A stretch of 64,000 bases of DNA from Candidatus Obscuribacteraceae bacterium (GCA_044229845.1 JBGASG010000006.1:192001-256000), one strand, 5' to 3'. Counted from the stretch's first letter, positions 39,584 through 49,401 are shown. Translations and numbers: made by a program. The notes: generated by a model from the sequence alone, not told the origin.

Positions 39584-40942
39584 ATGTTTCAGCGTCCGCG
39601 CAGATACGAACAAGACCGCTTGCGAGAAGCGCCGCCGCGCCCTCTCTGGCTGCGGCGTTCCGATAGCTGGCGGAGCCGGCAGTTTGAGTTCGAGTTCAAA
39701 GCGATCGAATGCGAAAGGCGCCGGGTCGCTAAAGATCTTCATGACGAAATTTTACCGTCGCTGGTGCGATTGATTCGTTCTATCCAGAAGCATGAGCGCA
39801 CCGGACCGCTACTCGATGAATTGCACAGCACGGTGGCGGCGTTCCGCGATTTGCTGGGCGAGCTGCACCCGGTCGAACTGGACGAGTTCGGACTGGTGGC
39901 AGCCCTCACCAACATCACCAGTCGCCATGCTCGATTGAGTGGACGCTTTATCGGGTTTATCGAGCGGGATGAAGAGTGCCCGCTTTCCGAGTTGCAGCAA
40001 CTCGCAGTATTCCGCGCCATGCAGTGCGTGTTGCGCATGTTCGCCAGGTCGGAAAACGACATATTGATCATTACCTACGACCGCATGGCGACGGGCTGCG
40101 CGATCGCCGTTCGCTGCGTCGACAAACGTGTCTCATCGGCGCGCTGGCTCTCAGCGGAGCAACCGGAGTTCGTCATGTTCGAGTCATGGTGCGCTCTCTC
40201 CGGCGCCAGCGCCGAGCTGGGCACCAGCCCGGCCTGCGGATTTCCGCGCGATCTGCTGCTCTCCATAAATGAACAACCTGGCGACATTTGGGGCGGTGCT
40301 TTAACCGCGGGTGAAGGTGGCGGCGACGATCAATCCTTCTTCGAAGCAATGGCGGTAGCAGCCGAGCGCAAAAGGATCTCAGCGGAAATCGACAGCTTGA
40401 TCATGCCTCATCTCGACAGGATTATCACCCTGTCCGAGCAAGCCAACGACAATCGACTGGCCATGGAGATTCGCCAGCGCATCGAAGTGATCGCAACCGG
40501 CGTTGCCGGCATCATGTCCGAGTTACACCGCCGGCTCCTGGCCGAGGCTGGATTGGTTTGTTCAATAAAGAGTCTGGTCGAACGCTTTCGGCAAGCGACG
40601 GGCATCGAAACGGCGCTGTTCACCAACATCTCGCCCGCCGAGATCAATCTCACCGCCGACTGCAACCTGGCACTATATAGAGTCACCCAGGAAGCGCTCA
40701 ACAATGTCGAGAAACATTCACACGCGTCGCGCGTGCTGGTATCACTGCACCGAACCGCTGGGCAGCTGACGGTGTCAATCGAGGACAACGGGCGCGGCAT
40801 CACAGAGAAGCAGGTAACCCAGTCGCGCGGACTGCGCAATATGAGCGAACGCGCGGACGGCATCGGCGCACAAGTTACGTTCAGCAAGTCGATCTCATTC
40901 GAGAGCGGAACTTTAGTGTCTATCAGCATTGCATTGGACTAA
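39584..40942 (+). CDS. Cytoplasmic histidine kinase, HisKA_3 type, duplicated modules
   Basis: ERRRVAKDLHDE H-box; second module with QEALNNVEKH, EDNGRG, GLRNM; AAGGAG RBS. Confidence 0.85.
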   Translation: MFQRPRRYEQDRLREAPPRPLWLRRSDSWRSRQFEFEFKAIECERRRVAKDLHDEILPSLVRLIRSIQKHERTGPLLDELHSTVAAFRDLLGELHPVELDEFGLVAALTNITSRHARLSGRFIGFIERDEECPLSELQQLAVFRAMQCVLRMFARSENDILIITYDRMATGCAIAVRCVDKRVSSARWLSAEQPEFVMFESWCALSGASAELGTSPACGFPRDLLLSINEQPGDIWGGALTAGEGGGDDQSFFEAMAVAAERKRISAEIDSLIMPHLDRIITLSEQANDNRLAMEIRQRIEVIATGVAGIMSELHRRLLAEAGLVCSIKSLVERFRQATGIETALFTNISPAEINLTADCNLALYRVTQEALNNVEKHSHASRVLVSLHRTAGQLTVSIEDNGRGITEKQVTQSRGLRNMSERADGIGAQVTFSKSISFESGTLVSISIALD

Positions 40943-41073
40943 CAGCTGCGAGAGACCCACGTTGCAGAAACAGCGATTAGGGTGATCCCCAGGTCGACAT
41001 TGAGGAGGCGCTGAGTATCAGCGCTGCCGGTGCTTGAAATAATCGACTTCAGGCTGACCTGGGGGATTGCTTT

Positions 41074-41652
41074 ATGGCATCAATCAACTTTCACACGCGC
41101 GAAATTTCCTGCAAACTCGTTTACTACGGCACTGGACTTGGTGGCAAGACCGCCAATCTGAAATATATATACAGCCAGCTGGCACCGGACACGCGCAGCG
41201 AAATAATCTGTCTGGAAACCGATACCGAGCGTACTCTGTTCTTCGATTATCTGGGACTGGATCTGGGTAAAGTGCAGGGTTTTACGACACGATTTTCACT
41301 CTACACTGTGCCGGGGCAAGTGGAATACAACGCCAGCCGCAAGCTAATCTTGAACGGAGTGGACGGCATCATCTTCGTCGCCGACTCCGACGTGTTGCGC
41401 CGCAAAGACAACATTTCTTCATTGCAGAACATGATCGAAAACCTGATGGAGTTCCGGGTTTCGCTGGACGATATTCCGTGGATATTGCAGTATAACAAGA
41501 GGGATCTCAACAACGCCATGCAAGTAAGCATGATGGAAGCAGATCTCAATCTTGGCGGAGTACCGGCGTTCGAGGCGATCGCGTCGGAGGGTTTGGGCGT
41601 ATTTGCAACACTCAAATCACTGGCGAAACAGGTCCTCAACCGCCTGGCGTAG
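41074..41652 (+). CDS. mglA: MglA-family small GTPase
   Basis: CKLVYYGTGLGGKT, ERTLFFD, YTVPGQV, NKRD; closely follows the Myxococcus MglA pattern. Confidence 0.92.
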   Translation: MASINFHTREISCKLVYYGTGLGGKTANLKYIYSQLAPDTRSEIICLETDTERTLFFDYLGLDLGKVQGFTTRFSLYTVPGQVEYNASRKLILNGVDGIIFVADSDVLRRKDNISSLQNMIENLMEFRVSLDDIPWILQYNKRDLNNAMQVSMMEADLNLGGVPAFEAIASEGLGVFATLKSLAKQVLNRLA

Positions 41653-41725
41653 TGGCACCGACTTGACGGAACGCGGTAACAGGGGATTGTGAGGAACAGA
41701 AGATGGGCACTGTGAGGAGCAGAAG

Positions 41726-42421
41726 ATGGGCGTTGTGATCGCGGACGATCAAGAGCGTGAGCGCACCTGGCTCAAGGAATTGATTGGCAATCATCTCGCC
41801 AACCTGGCACCAATTTACGAAGCTCATGACGGGCAGAGAGCCGTCGAACTGACTATCGAACACAAGCCGCCGGTGGTGTTTCTCGATATTGAGATGCCGG
41901 TCTTGTCTGGTATCAAGTCGGCGGAGCGCATTCTTGCGGAGCTGCCCCACACCGGAATCATTATTCTCTCCAATCACTCGGACGAAATATTTGTTCGCAA
42001 GCTGTGGAAGCTGGTACCATCGGATGGCGCGTTCGGCTATGTATTGAAGGACTCCACCGATCAGCAGGTGGTGGACGCGGCGCGCGCGGTGCTCGGCGGC
42101 GACTGCTGGATTCATCCGCGCATCCAGCGCATTATCCGACGCACCGAATGCGGTGCTACCGGACTGACCGACGGCGAGTTCGAAGTTCTGGTATACATCG
42201 CAATGGGGTTCACGGACAAGGCGATTGCACGCCGACTCTACATCACCGAAAAGGCTGTGCAAGCACGTTTAAAATGCCTGTACACAAAACTGGGAATTCC
42301 CATCAAGGGCGCCTCCGACGAGGATGAATACAATCACCGCTGCCGCGCTCTCAATCTCGCGTTCCGCAGGGGGTTGATCAACCGCGCCGAACTAACCGAC
42401 TGGGAAGAGCAAATCTGGTAA
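41726..42421 (+). CDS. NarL/LuxR-family response regulator
   Basis: IADD, LDIEMP, YVLK, C-terminal HTH LTDGEFEVL...IARRLYIT. Confidence 0.9.
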   Translation: MGVVIADDQERERTWLKELIGNHLANLAPIYEAHDGQRAVELTIEHKPPVVFLDIEMPVLSGIKSAERILAELPHTGIIILSNHSDEIFVRKLWKLVPSDGAFGYVLKDSTDQQVVDAARAVLGGDCWIHPRIQRIIRRTECGATGLTDGEFEVLVYIAMGFTDKAIARRLYITEKAVQARLKCLYTKLGIPIKGASDEDEYNHRCRALNLAFRRGLINRAELTDWEEQIW

Positions 42422-42426
42422 ACCTT

Positions 42427-42447
42427 CCGGCACTGCGTAAGTGCCGG
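42427..42447. terminator. Hairpin between convergent genes
   Basis: CCGGCACT-N5-AGTGCCGG. Confidence 0.5.
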
Positions 42448-42451
42448 CGGT

Positions 42452-43549
42452 CTAGAAAATCGGGACGATCTTGTCGGCGTCGAACGAAACATCCTCGCCG
42501 TCAACATCAATTTCAGGCAGCGCCGGAAACTTGACGCCATACGGCTCCACAATTGTCTTCAGGCGCACCACCGCCGTGCGCCAGTTTTCGTAGCGCTGTT
42601 CCAGGGTCAGAATTCCGAAGCCAGCCGAACGTGCCACTTCTTCTAATTGCCTCTGCGCCGGCAAGAACGTCGCCGGCAGATGCCAGAAGTCCTCCGGCGG
42701 CTCATAGAGAATGCCGGAAAGAAACACGAAGCCGGCACGAAACTGTTTCGTGATCACTTCTTTGTCCTCTTCGGACAACCTCGGCAAAATCTCTTTCAGC
42801 AGCGCCAGACAGAAACTCAAATGGCGACCTTCGTCTCGTCCGATGTTCTTGAAGGCTTCCTTGAACACCGGAATATCGGTGGTTTCGTACATGCTGTGGA
42901 ACAGCGTCGACGAAGCAACCTCTCCAAACAAGAACGAGCTAAACAAAATACCCATCGGATAATGCTCGACGGCTTTCTTGTAGCCGTTCCAGTAGCGTGC
43001 TCCGTTGTGGTAGAGCCATTCGATGTTGTTTTTGGCGAGCTTCCCGAGCGGTCCTTGCCACTCGTAGCTGTGCAGCGGACCACCGGGCGTCAATTTGCTG
43101 ATGGCACGCCCACAAACCTCTTCGTGATTCATCTCATCGCGAGTGACGGAGAAAAAACACTTGCGAACCGGGTCTTCCTCGTGCACTTCGTAGGCATGAA
43201 TCATCGCGCGGGCGAATACCGCCGGTCCGGAAGCATCGAAAACAGACAGCAACGCCCACCAGTAGGAGATTGCCTGGCGCTGGTCGATGGTCATGCTTTC
43301 GACATCAAGCGTTTCCCAAGGCAAACGGCTGGGTGACCAACCTGGGTCACGGGCGTTCTCGTAAATCTCGGCCAGGCGCGGAGTTTCTACCCGCCAGTCA
43401 AACGGAAAAAGATTGAGCTTGTCGGTAATGGCAGGCGCCGACTCGGTATCAAGAAGAATCTTCTCTGGGTCAGGCATGCGCTCGTGCTTACTGGGAGCAG
43501 CCTTGATCTGCGACTCGAGATTAGACAAGTTACTTTTCTTGGCAGGCAT
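42452..43549 (-). CDS. Ferritin-like (R2-fold) diiron protein
   Basis: Ligand pattern D...DEMNH...E...DEGRH. Confidence 0.8.
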   Translation of the reverse strand: MPAKKSNLSNLESQIKAAPSKHERMPDPEKILLDTESAPAITDKLNLFPFDWRVETPRLAEIYENARDPGWSPSRLPWETLDVESMTIDQRQAISYWWALLSVFDASGPAVFARAMIHAYEVHEEDPVRKCFFSVTRDEMNHEEVCGRAISKLTPGGPLHSYEWQGPLGKLAKNNIEWLYHNGARYWNGYKKAVEHYPMGILFSSFLFGEVASSTLFHSMYETTDIPVFKEAFKNIGRDEGRHLSFCLALLKEILPRLSEEDKEVITKQFRAGFVFLSGILYEPPEDFWHLPATFLPAQRQLEEVARSAGFGILTLEQRYENWRTAVVRLKTIVEPYGVKFPALPEIDVDGEDVSFDADKIVPIF

Positions 43550-43608
43550 GGCTCTAAGCCCTATCTCCGTATGAGCGATTGACCCTATCTAGTCTACGAT
43601 CTTTTGCC

Positions 43609-43624
43609 TCACCGCATATGGTAC
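43609..43624. promoter_or_regulatory. NrdR-box-like site
   Basis: tCACCGCATATGGTAc, about 60 bp upstream of the ferritin-like gene start. Confidence 0.35.
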
Positions 43625-43702
43625 CGCCGTTAAGCAAGGGCTTTTCGGGCAAAAATTCGGTCGTTTTTATCCCAGCCCCTCACCCCTCAACCCCTCCTGA
43701 AA

Positions 43703-43813
43703 AGCCCAAGCGATATCGGTTGAACCTCGCGGACTCAAGCGATATCGCTTGGGTTTCTCCGACCTGAAGCGATATCGGCTCAATTTCCAGAGCCAAAGCG
43801 ATATCGCTTGGGT
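43703..43813. repeat. GCGATATCG(C/G) repeat array, 4 units, 29-30-bp period
   Basis: Cores at 43710, 43739, 43769, 43798; downstream of tRNA-Leu. Confidence 0.95.
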
Positions 43814-43873
43814 TCTGGCGGACGGCGCAGAAGCCCAGCGGGCTTGGTTTATTCGTACTTGGGGAGAAAAGAT

Positions 43874-43956
43874 TGCCGGAGGTCGGACTTGAACCGACAC
43901 ACCCTTGCGGGCGGTTGATTTTGAGTCAACTGCGTCTGCCATTTCGCCACTCCGGC
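43874..43956 (-). tRNA. tRNA-Leu(CAA)
   Basis: GCCGGAG acceptor stem, anticodon arm GTTGA-CTCAAAA-TCAAC, long variable arm, GGTTCAAGTCC T-arm; CCA not encoded. Confidence 0.97.
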
Positions 43957-44016
43957 ACGGAATGGGATTTTCCATTTTACTATAAGGGAATCAGGGGATC
44001 GCGCAGGGGCAAGCTG

Positions 44017-44862
44017 TTGGCAACAAAGGTTGCAATCATTGCTGGATTCGAACCGTTTGCGGAGTTTGACAAGAACCCGAGCGGAGACGCGGTAGCGTTC
44101 ATTCAGCAGTACTGTCAGGGCTTTGCGGCACAATCTCTTGTCTTGCCAGTATGCTGCCAATCGAGCTGGACTTTTGTGAAGCAGGCGGTAGACAAGCTAC
44201 CGCCAGATGCAGAGTTTGCTCTTGTGATGGCCGGAATGGCAGACAAACGAGAAGCAATCGAAATTGAGCGGTTCGCTCTCAACTGCAAGGACTACCGCAT
44301 TCCAGACAACGAAAAACATCAGTGGACCGGCGAAGAGATCGTCGAAGGCGCCGACACGGCGATTCGCAGTCGGCCAGTCGACAAGCAGTTGCTTGACGAT
44401 TTGCTCGCGAAAGGCTTCAACTGCCGCATCTCAAGCCATGCCGGGACTTTTGTGTGCAACGAGGTCTACTTCAGGGCTCTGCTCGATTGGCAGAACGACC
44501 CGCGCTGCGCGGGCGTCGTTTTCGTGCATGTGCCGCCACCCGCCAATTACCGGGAGCCCAACGCAGTCGGCAAAGCCGTTTCTCGCGCATTCCGCAATCT
44601 CGGGTCTGGTGCTTCTGCGCATGCTGGCGCCCGTCCGATTGCAGGAAAGAAGGGTTCTGGCGGGGGTTCCGGGGCCGGTAAGAACAAAAAGGTGAATTCG
44701 GCGGGCCCGGACGAGCCAGATGACGTATATCCTATATACAGATACGCGGAAGCTCTGTCTCTGATTGCCCGTTACCTTCTCAACTCGCCGAAAGGGTTGC
44801 CCAGTGGAGCAGACGTCGCTAGAAATACTCCGAGTCGACGATCGCATACGTCCAAAAGATGA
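44017..44862 (+). CDS. pcp: Pyroglutamyl-peptidase I (C15)
   Basis: GFEPF..NPS, IERFALN, AGTFVCN, FVHVP; TTG start inferred. Confidence 0.9.
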   Translation: MATKVAIIAGFEPFAEFDKNPSGDAVAFIQQYCQGFAAQSLVLPVCCQSSWTFVKQAVDKLPPDAEFALVMAGMADKREAIEIERFALNCKDYRIPDNEKHQWTGEEIVEGADTAIRSRPVDKQLLDDLLAKGFNCRISSHAGTFVCNEVYFRALLDWQNDPRCAGVVFVHVPPPANYREPNAVGKAVSRAFRNLGSGASAHAGARPIAGKKGSGGGSGAGKNKKVNSAGPDEPDDVYPIYRYAEALSLIARYLLNSPKGLPSGADVARNTPSRRSHTSKR

Positions 44863-45382
44863 GGACGACGGCATCCGGCGTGCTCTGTTTCTTTGCCACA
44901 GCATGCAGCCCTATTGCGCCAAGCAAGTGCGGGTGTTCGTGAAACGCTGCCGCGACGGCGAATTTGGTCCAGACGTCGAGGAATCGGTGAGAGGCGATGT
45001 TCCAGACTGGCAGATTGCTGAAGCAACGAAAGAGCTGCTGACGCTCAGCCTGCACATGACAGGCATAGATCAAGGCGCGCTGAATGCGCCGGTCTGGCTG
45101 ATCGAGTTTCTGATCGAAAGCTTGAAGGAATCGGATGTGATCTTCCCGGACCCTGGTGTTGAGTCGATTATCGCTGCCTACGGCGAGATCGATGATACTG
45201 ACCTGAAGGATGCGTTGGCTGGAAAGTTGCGCGCCGTGCTGGGCATTCCACCTGATGAAAACGCTCACAACGCCTGGTTGGAAATCTTGGAAACGATGCG
45301 TCCCATGCGCAACGAACTGCTCTTGTTCTCGCTGACGCAGCCTCCCGACACGCTCAGACAGCATCTGCAATCGAACGCCTGA
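44804..45382 (+). CDS. Hypothetical protein
   Basis: Helical acidic ORF; start uncertain (GTG 44804 or ATG 44903). Confidence 0.6.
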   Translation: MEQTSLEILRVDDRIRPKDEDDGIRRALFLCHSMQPYCAKQVRVFVKRCRDGEFGPDVEESVRGDVPDWQIAEATKELLTLSLHMTGIDQGALNAPVWLIEFLIESLKESDVIFPDPGVESIIAAYGEIDDTDLKDALAGKLRAVLGIPPDENAHNAWLEILETMRPMRNELLLFSLTQPPDTLRQHLQSNA

Positions 45383-45496
45383 CCGAGGCGGCAACGCCAA
45401 GACATGACATACGAACGGCTGACAGGGCGGCGCGCGTTCCTGCTAACATATGCCCCGAACAGCTGGCAGCAAGCATAATGCAGCGGGGGCAGGCGA

Positions 45497-47005
45497 ATGA
45501 GCCGATACATTCTCAGCGTTGATTCGGGCACCACTAGTTGTCGCGCGATTGTTTTCGACAGTCAGGGAAAAACAATCGGCGTCGGACAACATGAATTCAC
45601 GCAGTTTTTCCCAAAACCAGGTTGGGTCGAACATGATGCGGAAGAGGTTCTCAAAGTCCAACTCCAGTGCATCAGCGACGCGATCGCGGCGGCGAAAATC
45701 AAAGGCGAAGAGATTGCCGCCGTCGGCATCACAAACCAGCGTGAAACAACCGTCGTCTGGGATCGCAAAACGGGAAAACCCGTGCATAAGGCAATCGTCT
45801 GGCAGGACCGCCGCACGCAGGATGTGGCGGATGCATTGAAGCGCGAGTCAAATGTGTTTCGCGAAAAGACGGGTTTGGTACCGGATGCGTACTTCTCCGG
45901 ACCAAAGATTCAGTGGATACTCAAGAACGTCAAAGACGGCGAGAAACGCGCGCGCGCCGGCGAACTGGCTTTCGGAACTATTGATACCTGGCTGATCTAT
46001 AACCTCACCGGCGGCACGGTGCACGCCACGGAATCGAGCAACGCCTCGCGCACCATGCTCTACAACATGCATACGATGGATTGGGACGACGAGCTGTTGG
46101 CGCGGTTGTCGGTACCGCGCGCCATGATGCCGCAGGTTCTCGACTCCAACGGTGACTTCGGCACCACCAGAAAAGAGGTGGTCGGCTTCGAAGCTCCGAT
46201 TGCCGGCGTACTGGGAGACCAGCAAGCGGCACTGTTCGGTCAGACGTGTTTCGAAACCGGCAGCGCAAAATGCACATATGGAACCGGTGCGTTTCTGCTC
46301 ATTAATATCGGGCATGCACCGCATCTGGTGCCCGGGCTTTTAACTACGTTGGGCTGGAAGCTGGCAGGAGAGAAACCCACTTATGCGCTGGAAGGCGCCA
46401 TATTCATTGCCGGTGCGGCAGTGCAATGGCTGCGCGATGGACTCGGAATTATTGCGTCCAGCGAAGAAACGGAAGCGCTGGCGAAATCAATCGACAGCAA
46501 CGAAGGCGTGTATTTCGTGCCGGCCTTGGTAGGACTCGGTTCGCCGTGGTGGAACTCCGATGTGCGCGGCACCATTACCGGCATCACTCGCGGCACGGGT
46601 CGCGCGCACTTCGTGCGGGCGGCGCTGGAGTCGATGACTTACGGAGTTGCCGATGTGGTGATGCGCATGCGGGAATACGATCTGCCGGTCGTCGATCTGC
46701 GTGTCGACGGGGGCGCCACCAAGAACAACTTCCTGCTGCAGTTCCAGGCTGATGTTCTGCGCTTGCCGGTCGTGCGTTCCTCGCAAGTGGAATCGACGGC
46801 ATGGGGAGTAGCGGCGCTGGCCGGCTTGAAGGTCGGACTGATCAAGAGCAAGAAAGAACTTGAAGAAGCGTGGCAGAAGGGACAAAAGTTCGAAGTGAAA
46901 AATGACCGCGGCGCCGACTATTCAGGCTGGCAAGCGGCATTGCGAGCCACCTTCGCTCAGGCTGGTCAGTTTCTTCCCGTCGAACCGCCGGCAGTGAAAG
47001 TGTAG
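45497..47005 (+). CDS. glpK: Glycerol kinase
   Basis: DSGTTSCR, ITNQRETT, WQDRRT, GDQQAALFG, KCTYGTG, VDGG. Confidence 0.97.
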   Translation: MSRYILSVDSGTTSCRAIVFDSQGKTIGVGQHEFTQFFPKPGWVEHDAEEVLKVQLQCISDAIAAAKIKGEEIAAVGITNQRETTVVWDRKTGKPVHKAIVWQDRRTQDVADALKRESNVFREKTGLVPDAYFSGPKIQWILKNVKDGEKRARAGELAFGTIDTWLIYNLTGGTVHATESSNASRTMLYNMHTMDWDDELLARLSVPRAMMPQVLDSNGDFGTTRKEVVGFEAPIAGVLGDQQAALFGQTCFETGSAKCTYGTGAFLLINIGHAPHLVPGLLTTLGWKLAGEKPTYALEGAIFIAGAAVQWLRDGLGIIASSEETEALAKSIDSNEGVYFVPALVGLGSPWWNSDVRGTITGITRGTGRAHFVRAALESMTYGVADVVMRMREYDLPVVDLRVDGGATKNNFLLQFQADVLRLPVVRSSQVESTAWGVAALAGLKVGLIKSKKELEEAWQKGQKFEVKNDRGADYSGWQAALRATFAQAGQFLPVEPPAVKV

Positions 47006-47006
47006 T

Positions 47007-48026
47007 GTGAAACGCCGTCTGAGCAGATTTTTCAGATTGGTACGCGTGCTCGTCAATGAGTTTCGCGTCTTCTTCACTTGCGTGCTCATCGCCTTCGTCG
47101 GGTCGACGCTGCTCCTGTACTACGTGTATCCAAAGCAGGATCTGCCGCAGCACCATGCAACATTGCTGGGCGCCGCCTATGACACGCTGCAGATGATCTT
47201 CTTCGAATCCCCGATACCGTTTGAAGATGATTGGCGACTGATACCTCTGTTTTTTGGGCTGCCGTTGCTCGGTCTTCTGGTAGTCGCCGAAGGTGTGGTG
47301 CACCTGGGCAACCTTCTATTTCAAAGCAATCTCTACACGAGGGAGTGGCAAAAAATGCTGGCGGCAACATATGAGAATCACATAGTTGTGTGCGGACTGG
47401 GCAACGTCGGTATGCGCGTTGTGCAACATCTGCGAGCAATGGACCAAGACGTTGTTTGCATTGAGAAACAGCCGGATGCGCCGTTTCTTGCCGAGATGGA
47501 AGAGCTGGGTGTGCCCTGCATCGTCGCCAACATTCGCAACACCCAGGCGCTGGAAGACGCGAACGTGCGCAAGGCGAAAGCCCTGATAGCGGTAACCGAT
47601 GATGACCTGGCCAACATGGAAACTTGCCTGAATGCCCGCGAGCTTGTCCCGGGAATCAAAGTTGTGATGCGCATGTTCGATCAGAAACTGGCGGAGAAGT
47701 TCGAGCGCTCCTTCGGCATTCCATCGTTCAGCGCCTCCGCATTGTCGGCACCGGTGTTCGCACTGGCAGCGATGAGCGGAAACATCCTGTCGTCGTTCGA
47801 GTTTGGCGGCCAGATTATCAACGCGATCCAGATTCCCATTGAGGATGGAAGCATCCTGCACGGATTAACCGTCGATGATGTCAGACAGCGTTATGGAGTG
47901 ACCGTGCTGCTGCATGAGCATGGCGGGCAGAACGATTGGAATCCCGCCGCCCAGACAGTGTTGCAGTCGGGCACCAAGCTTTTGGCGATCACGGATTCAC
48001 GCAATGTCCATCGCGTGCTGGGTTAG
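47007..48026 (+). CDS. TrkA-N/C (RCK) potassium channel-like protein
   Basis: N-terminal TMs, HIVVCGLGNVG, TDDDLAN. Confidence 0.85.
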   Translation: MKRRLSRFFRLVRVLVNEFRVFFTCVLIAFVGSTLLLYYVYPKQDLPQHHATLLGAAYDTLQMIFFESPIPFEDDWRLIPLFFGLPLLGLLVVAEGVVHLGNLLFQSNLYTREWQKMLAATYENHIVVCGLGNVGMRVVQHLRAMDQDVVCIEKQPDAPFLAEMEELGVPCIVANIRNTQALEDANVRKAKALIAVTDDDLANMETCLNARELVPGIKVVMRMFDQKLAEKFERSFGIPSFSASALSAPVFALAAMSGNILSSFEFGGQIINAIQIPIEDGSILHGLTVDDVRQRYGVTVLLHEHGGQNDWNPAAQTVLQSGTKLLAITDSRNVHRVLG

Positions 48027-48034
48027 GTGTTGGG

Positions 48035-48322
48035 TTAGGCGCTGTCTTCCAGTTCGTCCTGGCACTGCTCGCACTTGCTGACCAGGCGGGAAAGGCGCAT
48101 CTTCATGCCCTGGGCGATGCTGGCCACAGAACCGATACTTGGATTGCGTTTTCCAGTTTCTACATTACTTAGAAAAGCGCGATCCACTCCGGAGTCCGCT
48201 GCCAGTTCTTCCTGGGACAAGCCGAGCTTTTTCCGACGCTCACTGATCACCTTGCCGAGGCAAACATATAGATGTTCGTGCTTCTTTGTGGTTTTCGCAG
48301 CTTTCGTGGTTTTCTTAGGCAT
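48035..48322 (-). CDS. XRE-family HTH regulator
   Basis: RKKLGLSQEELA..SGVDRAFLSNVETGKRNPS. Confidence 0.9.
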   Translation of the reverse strand: MPKKTTKAAKTTKKHEHLYVCLGKVISERRKKLGLSQEELAADSGVDRAFLSNVETGKRNPSIGSVASIAQGMKMRLSRLVSKCEQCQDELEDSA

Positions 48323-48580
48323 AGGTAAAAATCTCGCAATTCCTGTCTCACGTCTGACGATAGACGTAGAAGTTGGCCGTGAGTTGCATCTTTTTCTTGT
48401 GGTATTTCAGCCACAAGAAACGGCACAAGTCCGGAGAGATCATTCTTCTGTCCATCGGGTTCTTGCGGAAAATACGGTCGAAAAAAAGTTGGAACTTTTC
48501 CGAAAAGCACTCCGTCTCAGCTGCCGGAAACCCGGAAACCAATATTCTGACTATTTACAGTTTTAGAGGCACTAGCTCAC

Positions 48581-48832
48581 ATGTCTGGACAAGAACACGA
48601 GCACCAAGACGCAAATCAGGCCGGACGCGCCAACCACGGCACACCGTTCCGCGGCGAGTCCCTGGCGGATGCCATGGATCGCAGTGCTCATGAATTACAG
48701 CTGCTGGCGAATTTCTACCACCAGCATGGTTACCTGGACAGGGCTCAGGAGATCTATCAGACCATCTTGCGGATTCGCGGGGAACGGGACGCCCGCAATG
48801 GTGTTAATGACGCTGACGTCAAAGAAGCATAG
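48581..48832 (+). CDS. Small TPR-like protein
   Basis: LANFYHQHGYLDRAQEIYQTIL; AGAGG RBS. Confidence 0.65.
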   Translation: MSGQEHEHQDANQAGRANHGTPFRGESLADAMDRSAHELQLLANFYHQHGYLDRAQEIYQTILRIRGERDARNGVNDADVKEA

Positions 48833-48903
48833 GCGTACAAGCCACTCCAAGCCCACCCAAATCGCTCAAGGCGCGGTCACAAAACAAAGACATATGAATT
48901 GAG

Positions 48904-48928
48904 AAGCTCAACGGTTTTCGTTGAGCTT
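48904..48928. terminator. Hairpin between convergent genes
   Basis: AAGCTCAACG-GTTTT-CGTTGAGCTT. Confidence 0.7.
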
Positions 48929-48951
48929 TGTCATTTTCAGAGCGCCGTAGA

Positions 48952-49401
48952 TTAGCGCTTACCGTCACCATCGCCGCCGCAGTCTGAACTCAGCCAGAAT
49001 GTCAGCTTCTGATGCAGCTGGTCGTAAGTGAACGGCATGGCGAGGTAGTCATCCATACCGGCACTCAGGCAGTTATCGAGTGTGGCTTTGACGTGCCCGG
49101 TAATACCGATTACCGGAGTGCGCTTGCCGGAGGTCTTCTCCCTCTCGCGAATTTTTCCGGTGCAAATGCGCCCGTCGATTTCGGGCATCTGCCAGTCCAT
49201 TACGACGATGTCGAACTGCGCTTCATCAAGGGCTCGCAGACCCTCGGCGCAGCCGCGAACCACCTTGAATCTGATCTGAAGTTTGCTCGCTAATAATTCA
49301 AAAATTCGCGGATAGTCGGGCGAATCGCCGATGAGCAGAACGACAGGTTGAACCTTTTGCCCGGCACTAATCGAATTAGGTCCGTCTTCCTTGTTCGTCA
49401 T
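48952..49401 (-). CDS. Single-domain receiver protein (atypical)
   Basis: MDWQMPEIDG, IGITG, AGMDDYLAMPF (conserved KP Lys replaced by Met). Confidence 0.8.
   Translation of the reverse strand: MTNKEDGPNSISAGQKVQPVVLLIGDSPDYPRIFELLASKLQIRFKVVRGCAEGLRALDEAQFDIVVMDWQMPEIDGRICTGKIREREKTSGKRTPVIGITGHVKATLDNCLSAGMDDYLAMPFTYDQLHQKLTFWLSSDCGGDGDGKR

Noticed and set aside
43703..43956. tRNA-Leu as an island integration site
   Set aside because: No integrase and no duplicated tRNA 3' end seen in the window.
48035..48455. XRE as a restriction-modification controller, with upstream 35-aa ORF (48348-48455)
   Set aside because: No methyltransferase or nuclease nearby; the small ORF lacks a clear RBS or motif.
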